Positions 44,573-53,429 of a stretch of 58,606 bases of DNA are shown in pieces. The stretch is from positions 1 to 58,606 of the IMG/VR virus record IMGVR_UViG_3300026528_000001; one strand, written 5' to 3'. The translations under genes and the position numbers were made by a program. The stretch comes from a virus. Its lineage: Duplodnaviria > Caudoviricetes. Each line of letters starts with the position of its first letter. The first letter of the stretch is position 1. The notes beneath the pieces were generated by a model. The model had not been told where the DNA came from, made no database searches, and was given only the letters and a program-made list of their open reading frames with translations.

Positions 44573-47500
44573 ATGGCCCGCCAGGAGTTCAAACCAGACA
44601 CGCACCGGTTCTTCAGCAAGGGACTTTTCCTCAACGCTCCCGTGGACATGATTCCAGAAGGCGGCTATCCCATACTCAAGAACGTCCGGTCTTACCAGCA
44701 GGGCCGTATCGAGCCGCGTCCCGGCTTCACTGTAGTAAGCCCAACTGCCCCAATGGGAGGCGACGTCGTCTCGGGCCAGTCCCCGGTCCACTCCGCGCGC
44801 CGTTTGCAGGGGTCAGCCACTACATGGGCACGAGTCGTTGGGACCGGGACCCATCTGGCTGTGGGGCAACAGTCATTCGCTGATGTTGACTCTGGCTACT
44901 CGGGGGACCCGCTCTCCCTGGTCCCGGCGGTTCCCCAAGGTTCCCCTTCTCCCTGGGTCTACGTGGGGGATCGTAGCCGGATGAGAAAAGTCTCGGACTC
45001 TGGCACAGTGCGCAAAGTAGGCCTGCCGCCACCAACGGAGCCGCCCACAGTCACACTCGACGCTCCCAACTATGACCTGTTCAACAATACCGAGGCCTTA
45101 ACCGGCTGGGCCAATGCCGGGACCGCCGGGGCGCTCTTTCTGGTCGGCTACCGGGTGTCACAGTCGATCACGGCCATCGCGTTTGACTCTGGCACCACGG
45201 GCTGGGCTTCCATCGGCACTGCCCTCGCCTATCTCGACTCCGCCATTCGTGCCGGGATGCACCTCCAATTGGACCCCGGCGGGACGCATGACGAGTTCGT
45301 GATCGCCGAGTCGGTCCATCCTGCCGTGGCGACTTCCACCATTGCCGGGATTATCTATGACTCCGGCACCACCGGGGCGTGTGTTATTGCCCTGGCGGAT
45401 CCGGGGGATGACTACGTGGTGGACAGTCTCATCAAGATAGACACCGAGGTGGTTAGAGTCGTGAGTGTCACTCCTGGTCCAGATGGGTCCAACAGCTTCC
45501 GGTGTGTCACGACATCGAACCATGTGGTGGGGGAAACGGTCACGGGGATTGGTTCGGTCCGTGCCTATTGCAAGAAGACGCACATTGTGACAGAAACGGT
45601 GCGGGCCAATGCCATTCGCTCCGACATTACCGCAGGCCTGGGGTACGTCCAACTCACTCAGCCGGTGAACCTCAACCGGCACCTGGACGACATCATCCAC
45701 GTCTCGGTCAAGTTCTCGGACATCTCCAAGGTCACGGAAGGGAAGATCCTTTTCGATGTTGACTCGGGCACGAATGATTTCGCCCACAACTTCTACTTTC
45801 TCGCTTTCCATCCGTCTGACCTGGTTCCAGCGGTGGCCGAAGCCAAAACGATAGCGGAAGCCCGCACCAACGCGGTAACCCGCTATGGAGACTCTAAGCC
45901 GCTGCGGGACACCCAGGTAGTAGTAAGTCCCACGGTGCGTCCCGGCAGTCCTGCAGATGTGCGCGGCACACTGGATCCGGTCAGTCCGGGACCATTGCCG
46001 TCCCAGTCGCAGGTGTCGGTGAGCGGCGACCTGGTTCCCAATCCTCGAGTCGTCCCTGGGCCGCCATTCGGCACCATCCGCACTGTCTTGGATCCGGGGT
46101 CCGGCAGGCCTGTGGCCGCCACCACGCCGCGAGCCACGGAGACCTCGAGCGCCTGGTCCGACTTTGCCACCTCGCGCGAGATCGCCCCGGGGTCGGACCA
46201 GTGGCTGGAGCTCAGGTTCACTCTGCGTGACCTCATCCGGGTAGGATCCGACTCCTCGCGCAATCTCGGTAATGTGGCCAAGATACGAATCCAACTCACC
46301 GTCACCGCCACAGTCACGCTCTCGTTCTCCTCTCTCTGGATACTCCGCGGCCCCGGCCCCGAGGTGGGCGACGTGGGCGCCCCCTACGTGTACAGGTACA
46401 GGTGCCGTCACCGTGATACCGGGGTCAGGTCAAACTTTTCTCCAGTTTCTAGAGGCGAGGTGAGTCCTCACCGGACGCCTGTGCTTGTGACTCTCCCCTA
46501 TGTCTCAGACTCAGACGTCTCTCACTTGGACGTGGAACGCTTCGGCGGGGACCTCCTGGGCTGGCGCTACGTGGGCACAGCGGAGAACGTCGTAGGCGGA
46601 TCAGTCCTGCATGACACACTGTCCGATGATGTCGTTGCCGCCAGTGCCTCTGAGGGAAATATGAATTTCCAACTCTGGCCTACGATAGGGACCGCAGTCT
46701 CTGGCACCGCCAACGTGGTGGGTCCCGTGGTTCTAGACTCGGGAACCGGCTTCAACACGGCATGGGCTCCAGGGACGACCATCGAAATCTCGGGCAAGCA
46801 GTACACTATCGACAGGGTAATCTCCACTTCCCGTCTGGAACTGGTGGAGACTGCCCCAACCGCATCGGCTGTGGCATGGTCAGTCCAGGCGCCCGTCATC
46901 CAGGGGCAACCACTCCCGGCACTCTGGGGGCCGCTCGACGGGTTTCTGTTTGGCTGCGGCGACCCCGCTAATCCCGGGACGCTTTACTGTTCAAACGGGA
47001 ACAACCCGGACAGCACCCAGGAGAACCACAAGGTAGAGGTGACTCCGGCCACGGAGCCGCTCCAGAACGGGTGTGTGTACAACGGCCGTGCCTATGTCTG
47101 GTCCACGGAGAGGATGTTCCAAATCCTGCGCGATCCGGTCACCGGACTCCCATTGCTTCCGTTTGAGATCCCGAATGCGCGCGGTCTCTACAGCCGGTGG
47201 GCCTTTGCCGTTGGCCCGTCCATCTACTGGCTGGCCCGGGACGGCATTTACGAGACCCAGGGCGGGGCACCACGCTCCCTGACCGATGCCGCCCTCTATC
47301 CTCTCTTCCCTCATGAGGGCCAGGACGGGCAGGCGGTCAACGGATACTCTCCCCCTGACCTGCCGGTGCGCGCTTCCATCACGGACCAGCCTCCGCGCTT
47401 GCGTCTGGCCTATTACGAGGACTGGTTGTATTTCGACTACAAGGCCAGGGACACCACGCAAGCGACTCTGGCCTACCAGACCGATGCCGGCGCCTGGTAC

Positions 47501-48622
47501 TGGGACCAGTACACTCCGGCCGCGTACATGCACTACGGGGAGGAAGGGCAGGGAGTCCGCAGTCTTCTCCTGGGCGGGTCGGATGGGAAGCTGTACCAGT
47601 CGGGCGGGTCAGATGACAACCTTGTCGCGATCTCCTGCCAGGTGCGCACCGCTTCCAAGGACCAGGGTTCCCCGCGCAACATCAAAGTCTACGGGGACGC
47701 GATTGTGGATGCGGAAGCCGGGGTAATCGCGGGTGTGAGTCTGACCGTGACCCCGGGCTTTGACAACCATTCCCGCCTGCTTACCGCCCGGACCTTCTCC
47801 CTGGGCATACGTGGTCAGACAGTCTTAGAGCTTTCTGATACAAACGACAACGGGGAGGCGCCGCAAGCCAGGAACGTGTCCCTTGACCTGACCTTCACCG
47901 CAGTCTCGGGCTACCCTTGGCTCTACCTCTGGGAGCCGCGCTACCTCGCCTATCCCGAGGCCACAGGTAAACGCGCCACGGACTGGGACGATGCTGGCCA
48001 CCCAGGTGCCAAATGGGTGCAAGGACTGATCATTGAAGCCGACACCCGTGCCACGCTGGATAGTGGTGCCTGGCTCAATACGCCTCGCACCATCCAAGTC
48101 CAAGGTGACGGCGGCGTGGCGATGGCCGCACTCACGGTCACGCACCCTAGGAGGACGGAAAAGGCCTACTCTTTTCCTGGCTTCTTTACCCACCAGATGC
48201 GTCTTGTCCCGCTCGATTCGGGTTTGTGGCGGGAATTCACCGTCCGCTGGGTATGGCAGCCGGCGCCGGAACTCGCCATAGTGTGGGAGACGCCAGACAC
48301 TACGGGAAACGGCAGAGGATTCCAACACTTGCGGGATGGATGGATCGCACACATTTCCACGGCGGACATCACTTGGCGGGTGACCTATGACGGGGTGGCT
48401 TACTCCTACACCATACCCTCGAGTGGTGGGAGGTACGTCAAGACCTACGTCCCTCTGCGTGCGGTCAAGCACAAGGGGCGGCGGCACAAATTGTCTTCCT
48501 CTTGTCCTTTCCGGCTGTATGCTGAGGACTCAGAGGTGAGGACTAGGGACTGGGGCAGTACGGGTTCTTACCGTGTGGAACGTCCCTTTGGCGGGGCAAG
48601 CGGAAGCGGAGCGCAGGTGTAA
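44573..48622 (+). CDS. Tail nozzle / DNA-stabilisation protein (P22 gp10-like position) with inserted domains
   Basis: 1349 aa, beta-rich; GL.LN.P.D, NVR..GRI.PRPG start; IYWLARDGIY. Confidence 0.65.
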   Translation: MARQEFKPDTHRFFSKGLFLNAPVDMIPEGGYPILKNVRSYQQGRIEPRPGFTVVSPTAPMGGDVVSGQSPVHSARRLQGSATTWARVVGTGTHLAVGQQSFADVDSGYSGDPLSLVPAVPQGSPSPWVYVGDRSRMRKVSDSGTVRKVGLPPPTEPPTVTLDAPNYDLFNNTEALTGWANAGTAGALFLVGYRVSQSITAIAFDSGTTGWASIGTALAYLDSAIRAGMHLQLDPGGTHDEFVIAESVHPAVATSTIAGIIYDSGTTGACVIALADPGDDYVVDSLIKIDTEVVRVVSVTPGPDGSNSFRCVTTSNHVVGETVTGIGSVRAYCKKTHIVTETVRANAIRSDITAGLGYVQLTQPVNLNRHLDDIIHVSVKFSDISKVTEGKILFDVDSGTNDFAHNFYFLAFHPSDLVPAVAEAKTIAEARTNAVTRYGDSKPLRDTQVVVSPTVRPGSPADVRGTLDPVSPGPLPSQSQVSVSGDLVPNPRVVPGPPFGTIRTVLDPGSGRPVAATTPRATETSSAWSDFATSREIAPGSDQWLELRFTLRDLIRVGSDSSRNLGNVAKIRIQLTVTATVTLSFSSLWILRGPGPEVGDVGAPYVYRYRCRHRDTGVRSNFSPVSRGEVSPHRTPVLVTLPYVSDSDVSHLDVERFGGDLLGWRYVGTAENVVGGSVLHDTLSDDVVAASASEGNMNFQLWPTIGTAVSGTANVVGPVVLDSGTGFNTAWAPGTTIEISGKQYTIDRVISTSRLELVETAPTASAVAWSVQAPVIQGQPLPALWGPLDGFLFGCGDPANPGTLYCSNGNNPDSTQENHKVEVTPATEPLQNGCVYNGRAYVWSTERMFQILRDPVTGLPLLPFEIPNARGLYSRWAFAVGPSIYWLARDGIYETQGGAPRSLTDAALYPLFPHEGQDGQAVNGYSPPDLPVRASITDQPPRLRLAYYEDWLYFDYKARDTTQATLAYQTDAGAWYWDQYTPAAYMHYGEEGQGVRSLLLGGSDGKLYQSGGSDDNLVAISCQVRTASKDQGSPRNIKVYGDAIVDAEAGVIAGVSLTVTPGFDNHSRLLTARTFSLGIRGQTVLELSDTNDNGEAPQARNVSLDLTFTAVSGYPWLYLWEPRYLAYPEATGKRATDWDDAGHPGAKWVQGLIIEADTRATLDSGAWLNTPRTIQVQGDGGVAMAALTVTHPRRTEKAYSFPGFFTHQMRLVPLDSGLWREFTVRWVWQPAPELAIVWETPDTTGNGRGFQHLRDGWIAHISTADITWRVTYDGVAYSYTIPSSGGRYVKTYVPLRAVKHKGRRHKLSSSCPFRLYAEDSEVRTRDWGSTGSYRVERPFGGASGSGAQV

Positions 48623-48787
48623 ATGGCTGAGGCGAGGTACTACCCTAACCTGGACGAGTTGAAGGACCCGATGCGCCTGGAGTTTGTGGTGCGTTCACTG
48701 TTCGACCGGCTCTACGCGATGGAGAACCGGGTGAGGGATCTCGAGAGACAACTGCAGAGCCAGACGCAGGTGAAGAGGAAAGAGTGA
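48623..48787 (+). CDS. Small coiled-coil tail protein (54 aa)
   Basis: Manual translation MAEARYYPNLDELKDP... Confidence 0.6.
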   Translation: MAEARYYPNLDELKDPMRLEFVVRSLFDRLYAMENRVRDLERQLQSQTQVKRKE

Positions 48788-49161
48788 AATACGAACTCCT
48801 TGACCCTAATGACTGGCCGCGCCTTCTGGAACTGGTTGATCCCATGACTGTTCCTATCCCCCCTCCCCACACCGCCTCTGCCGTGGTAGCCCGGGATGAT
48901 TCCGACCATGGCCGTGTCACAGGCGCGCTCTTTCTCCAACCCGCACTCCATATGGAACCATTGGTTATTCATCCGGTGTACTCGGGGTACGTCAACTACG
49001 CGCGCATGGTGCGGCTCTTCGAAGACAACATGGCCCGTCTCGGCGGCGGGGAGTACTACGTGTTTGCCCCGGACGGTAGGATAGCCAGAATGGCAGAACT
49101 GGTTGGGATGCAGAGGCTGCCCTATACCGTGTATCGCAAGACCGTGGAAGGAGGAAGTTGA
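48784..49161 (+). CDS. GNAT-like protein between nozzle and ejection genes
   Basis: VVARD..G.V.G, HMEPLVIHP.Y.G; positional analogy to podoviruses. Confidence 0.5.
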   Translation: MKYELLDPNDWPRLLELVDPMTVPIPPPHTASAVVARDDSDHGRVTGALFLQPALHMEPLVIHPVYSGYVNYARMVRLFEDNMARLGGGEYYVFAPDGRIARMAELVGMQRLPYTVYRKTVEGGS

Positions 49162-49162
49162 C

Positions 49163-49999
49163 ATGCCATTTCTGGCTCCATTGATTCCCGCCGTTATTGG
49201 CGGGATTGGCGCCCTCGGTGGTGCCGGCACAGGCGCGGCCCTGGCTCGGGCGGGCATAGGTCTTGGTACTGGTCTGCTTGGGTCCAAGCTGGGTGGCGGC
49301 GTTGGTGGGGCTAACCCGCAACTGAATCCCTACGAATCCGGTGCCATGGCCAACCTACAAAGTCTCATGGGCCAGTTGGGCCAGTATGGCCCTCAATTCA
49401 TGTCACGCGCGGAGCAGGCCTATGGCCCGGCTCAGTCTTACTGGTCGCGTCTCCTTGCCGGGAACCGCCCTGCGGTCATGGGCGCCCTGGGTCCTGAGAT
49501 AGAGGCGCTTACGGGGCAACAGCAGCAAGTCAGGCAAATACAGGGGGAGTTACAGCCGCGGGGCGGTCCCGGGGCGGCCTTCATGGCGCAGCTTCCCTAC
49601 CAGACGGCGGGACAAATAGGCGCGCTGATGTCACAAGCCCGTGGGGGTGCGGCCACCAGTCTGGGGCAATTGGCCGGTACCGCTGGGCAACTGGGCCTTG
49701 GCGCTTTCAGGGAGCAGCAGGGGGCTGCCAGCGGGATATTGGACACGGTGCTGCGGCAGAAGTATCTGGATCTCTACCGTCGGCAGCAGGAGTTCGACCG
49801 GGCCAGAACCATCGGCAAGGGAATCTACGGCTTGTTGGGTGGACTGCCGGGTGGAGGCACCCCATCCGGGGAACCTCCGCTCAGCCCGAAGGAGTTTCCC
49901 GGCACAGGAGTTCCTACAGGCACGCCATTCCCCGGCGCTACGCCGCCGTTTCTCCCTGGTGGCACCGGCATACCGCCACTTGGCGGTTTCCCATGGTGA
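49163..49999 (+). CDS. DNA ejection / pilot protein (P22 gp7-like)
   Basis: Gly/Ala hydrophobic N-terminus; Q/A/G-rich body. Confidence 0.65.
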   Translation: MPFLAPLIPAVIGGIGALGGAGTGAALARAGIGLGTGLLGSKLGGGVGGANPQLNPYESGAMANLQSLMGQLGQYGPQFMSRAEQAYGPAQSYWSRLLAGNRPAVMGALGPEIEALTGQQQQVRQIQGELQPRGGPGAAFMAQLPYQTAGQIGALMSQARGGAATSLGQLAGTAGQLGLGAFREQQGAASGILDTVLRQKYLDLYRRQQEFDRARTIGKGIYGLLGGLPGGGTPSGEPPLSPKEFPGTGVPTGTPFPGATPPFLPGGTGIPPLGGFPW

Positions 50000-50010
50000 G
50001 GTATTGACCT

Positions 50011-51630
50011 ATGAGCGTCTTTGGTGTCCTCACGGGCATGGCCGAGGCCCATGCGGAGAAGCAGAAGACCCTGTTCGAGAAAGAGATGGAGCGCCGTCAG
50101 ACGCTGGCCAACCTCTACCTGAAATTCGCCATGGATCCAGGCACCAGACCAGAGGCTATGGGACCCATGCTCCAGACTGGGCTTTCAATCATGGCTCACC
50201 CGCCGGATAAGAAGCTGCCACCCAAGTACGAGGACATCACACCGTTTCTGACAACCACGCTACCGGCGGGGAAACAGACGATATCCGCTCAGGAGACGCC
50301 AGGATTCCAGCCAGCCACGCCTACTGGTGGCGGTATGCCTGCGGTTCCACCGGTTCCTGGATTCAGTGGGATTGGTCCTCTGGCTCCCGGACAGTCGCGG
50401 GAAGATATTCCAGGCATCCCGGCATTGCCATCTCTACCTGGACCCGCCGCCCCAGCCATGCCAAGCGTGAGCCTGCCACCTCCCCCTCCACCTCCCGCCG
50501 TCCAAGTTTCTTCCCGCTACACCCCGGAGGAAATGTCAGAGATGGCAGCCGCGGCGGCAGAGGCCAAGATGGCGGCAGAGTACCCCTACAAAGCCGCGCT
50601 GGCTCGTGTGGAGCATCCGATACAGCCGCATGAGATAGGCCAGTACGGTCTCTATCTCCCAAGCACAGGCCAAACCATCTCTCCTCCCTCAGGCGTCTCA
50701 CTTCCGATAGAGCAGCAGAGGTGGGAGGCGGCGGCCATCTCTGTGGCGCAGAAGGAAAAGGTTCCAGTGGACTGGTCTCGCCCGGTAGGTCCGCAACTGT
50801 CGCCGACACTCAAGCCCGCCGTCACCCAGGAGTACGAGCGGCTGACGAAGAAGCCGCCCGATGAAACCATGCAAGTGCTCCGGCAGATGCTGACCCAGAA
50901 GCATGAACTGGAGCTCGAGGACCTGAAGGCGCGGCGTGGGCCTGAGGCTGTCAATACTTGGGTGGATAAGCTCGACGCCAGCCAGGGCGGCGACCCGGAC
51001 GACTGGTGGAACGTCCCGAACGAGATCCGCACACAGGTGAAGGTGCGAGCGGCCCAACGTGGCGTGGCGGTCCCGACGCGCAAGCTTCCGACAGAGATGA
51101 AAAACAAGGAAGAGTCTGCGGACATGGCGCTGTCAGCAATTGACGCGCTTTCCGCACTGGCTGAGGCCAACCCGAACCTGATCGGACCAGTCTTTGGAAG
51201 GATAGGATTAACAGAGCAGGCATTCGGGGCGTCCTTCCGTGATCCGAGGGAAGCCCAGATAGCGCAGGAGATGCGCACCCGGATGGTCTACCTTCTGGGT
51301 CTTGAATCCAAAGCCCTCTTCGGCGGCAGAACGGCGCATCAGTTGGTGGAGAAGCTTGAGAAGGGAAGTGCCGGCCCGACACAGGATCTCAACTTGCTAA
51401 GAGGCAGCATCACAGGGATGCGCTGGCACGCGAACAACGTGAAGCGCGAGGGGGCGGCATACCGGTTTGGCGGGATGCAGACACCTGCCGGCAGGGCGGC
51501 GGCGGAAAGGGTGGGAGGCCCGCCTGCAGCCGTAGTCGGTGGCATCGTGACAAGCGGTGGGAAGCGCTACCGGGTGGTCGCGGTCAACCCGGACGGTAGC
51601 GTGGACGTGGATCCCAAAGAGGTCAAGTGA
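50011..51630 (+). CDS. Internal virion / ejection protein
   Basis: Helical and Pro-rich 539 aa; follows the pilot gene. Confidence 0.6.
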   Translation: MSVFGVLTGMAEAHAEKQKTLFEKEMERRQTLANLYLKFAMDPGTRPEAMGPMLQTGLSIMAHPPDKKLPPKYEDITPFLTTTLPAGKQTISAQETPGFQPATPTGGGMPAVPPVPGFSGIGPLAPGQSREDIPGIPALPSLPGPAAPAMPSVSLPPPPPPPAVQVSSRYTPEEMSEMAAAAAEAKMAAEYPYKAALARVEHPIQPHEIGQYGLYLPSTGQTISPPSGVSLPIEQQRWEAAAISVAQKEKVPVDWSRPVGPQLSPTLKPAVTQEYERLTKKPPDETMQVLRQMLTQKHELELEDLKARRGPEAVNTWVDKLDASQGGDPDDWWNVPNEIRTQVKVRAAQRGVAVPTRKLPTEMKNKEESADMALSAIDALSALAEANPNLIGPVFGRIGLTEQAFGASFRDPREAQIAQEMRTRMVYLLGLESKALFGGRTAHQLVEKLEKGSAGPTQDLNLLRGSITGMRWHANNVKREGAAYRFGGMQTPAGRAAAERVGGPPAAVVGGIVTSGGKRYRVVAVNPDGSVDVDPKEVK

Positions 51631-51634
51631 GGGG

Positions 51635-52708
51635 ATGCCTCAGACTCTGCGACTCAAGCCGGAAGAGATCACCACAACTGAGCCACCATCTCCAGCTTCT
51701 AATACGATACGGCTCAAGCCGGGTGACATTTCCGGTGTGGAGCCGCCGCCATTCAGCCCGCCACCGGATCTGCCACGCAAGTGGTGGCAGCTCCCACAAC
51801 CGGGACCAACATGGAAAGAGATAGGTGCTGAGTCGCCTCCGGGGCCGGATCAGGCCTATGGCCAGGAACTGATTGGCGCGGGCAAGTCCGCTCTCGGCAC
51901 CGCCTACCAAGCTGCCCGCCTTCCTCTCGCTGCCATGGCACGTCCTTGGGCCCGTGCTGCGGGGAAAGAGTCGCCCTCACTGATTGGCCAGACTCCTGAA
52001 CCTTTGCGTCCCACCGATGACGCTCAGATGATCGGGACCGCCTTTGAGCGCATTGCCGAAACCTTGGTCGCTCCAGAACTGTGGGGTGCCAGGCTGGGTG
52101 TCATTGTCCCAGCAATTCAAAACATGGCATCGCAAGCCGGTGTGAATTGGCTTCAGGGAGGAACTAAAGAAGAGGTCGCGCTCGCGACGGCTCTTGGCGC
52201 GTTGCCATCCGGTGTGGGTGTGGTGACGCGGAGGACTGGAGATTGGATTCGCGCCTGGAAACCAGAAACAGTGACAAAGCTGGTGGAACGTATCGGGAAA
52301 GTCCTGCCGTATCTTGGTGCCGCCTACGGGCACCACATGGGAGAGACGGGGGGCGCCGTACTGGGTTACGCGACCGGCCATGCCGGCAGGGAACTGGGCG
52401 AGTGGATTGCGGGTAAGTTGGCTGGCCGTCTTGGCACCACAAGCCGCCTGCCTGGTGCGGCTGGTTACACTGCTCCATGGCTCAAGCCGCCGGGAGTGCC
52501 GGGAGTGACGACGGAAGAGGCGGTGAGACTTCTCCCTGGGCTGGCGCAACCGGAGATGCAGGTGCCCAGTGGAGAGCAACAGGCGCCTACGGGAAAGGTT
52601 GTGATTCGCCGTCCTGGTCAAAAGCCCGAGACGGTGGATGTGTACGTTGATGCTGAGGGAAGAGTAAGACTTGGCGGGGGACAGGGGGAGACGGTCCCCC
52701 GCCAATAA
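51635..52708 (+). CDS. Internal virion / ejection protein
   Basis: RLKP.[ED]I repeated twice; Gly/Ala hydrophobic helices. Confidence 0.6.
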   Translation: MPQTLRLKPEEITTTEPPSPASNTIRLKPGDISGVEPPPFSPPPDLPRKWWQLPQPGPTWKEIGAESPPGPDQAYGQELIGAGKSALGTAYQAARLPLAAMARPWARAAGKESPSLIGQTPEPLRPTDDAQMIGTAFERIAETLVAPELWGARLGVIVPAIQNMASQAGVNWLQGGTKEEVALATALGALPSGVGVVTRRTGDWIRAWKPETVTKLVERIGKVLPYLGAAYGHHMGETGGAVLGYATGHAGRELGEWIAGKLAGRLGTTSRLPGAAGYTAPWLKPPGVPGVTTEEAVRLLPGLAQPEMQVPSGEQQAPTGKVVIRRPGQKPETVDVYVDAEGRVRLGGGQGETVPRQ

Positions 52709-52711
52709 GGC

Positions 52712-53140
52712 TCAAGGCACAAGATGGCAGAAACCACCCACATCACATATCATCCTGTATAAACTTCCGTCTGGACGCTCAAATGTTCTTGGTGTTGGAT
52801 AGGTCATGGGTGTGGTTATGGAGTTAGATGAGATACCCAGACAACATCCAGCAGCTAGGCCCCGGTCGATTATTTCTGCCGTCGATGCGGATAGAGCCTT
52901 CCAGTAGCTGGCATCCGGGTAGATTGAAAAGGATGGTTCTCTGGTTGTATAGGTCGTGCCAACGACGAAGTCACGGCCTATAAACCCAATGGAAAACGAG
53001 TCGTTGGCAGACTGGCGCGTGGTGATATGGTAGTCCAGGTTGCCGAGGAAGCCGTTGGACCAAGTCGTCAAGTCTTGAGTATAACCAGTTGCAGAAAGGG
53101 CCATCACAGCCAGTGTCAGAAGCAGTAAGGTTCTTGTCAT
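52712..53140 (-). CDS. Secreted moron protein
   Basis: Signal MTRTLLLLTLAVMALSATGYTQ; antisense to the late genes. Confidence 0.7.
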   Translation of the reverse strand: MTRTLLLLTLAVMALSATGYTQDLTTWSNGFLGNLDYHITTRQSANDSFSIGFIGRDFVVGTTYTTREPSFSIYPDASYWKALSASTAEIIDRGLAAGCCLGISSNSITTPMTYPTPRTFERPDGSLYRMICDVGGFCHLVP

Positions 53141-53346
53141 TTGTGTTTCTCCTTTTTGGAATCATCCACGATAAGTCCATGGTCATCGAGTATCCCGCGA
53201 TGAAGTCCGAAGCTCTTGTGCCACTGCCACATGTTATTTGCCGTCTCACCGCGCCATATGTCGGTCTTGGTACGGTCTTGGTAATGGTCGCCGACGCGAC
53301 CAACCACGAAGTCTCCCCCGGGAGTTTTTGCAATGTAGCGTTTCAT
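53137..53346 (-). CDS. Small moron protein (69 aa)
   Basis: ATG at 53346 just after a promoter; ATGA-coupled to the secreted gene. Confidence 0.6.
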   Translation of the reverse strand: MKRYIAKTPGGDFVVGRVGDHYQDRTKTDIWRGETANNMWQWHKSFGLHRGILDDHGLIVDDSKKEKHK

Positions 53347-53355
53347 GAAAGTGAG

Positions 53356-53385
53356 ACTGTAAGATTTGTGTTGCCTGTGAGTCAA
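53356..53385 (-). promoter_or_regulatory. Sigma70-like promoter of the moron
   Basis: TTGACT-N18-TACAGT. Confidence 0.6.
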
Positions 53386-53429
53386 TAGTCCAGATGAGCT
53401 AGCCCTTTGCGCTAGCCAGTGGTTACTCT

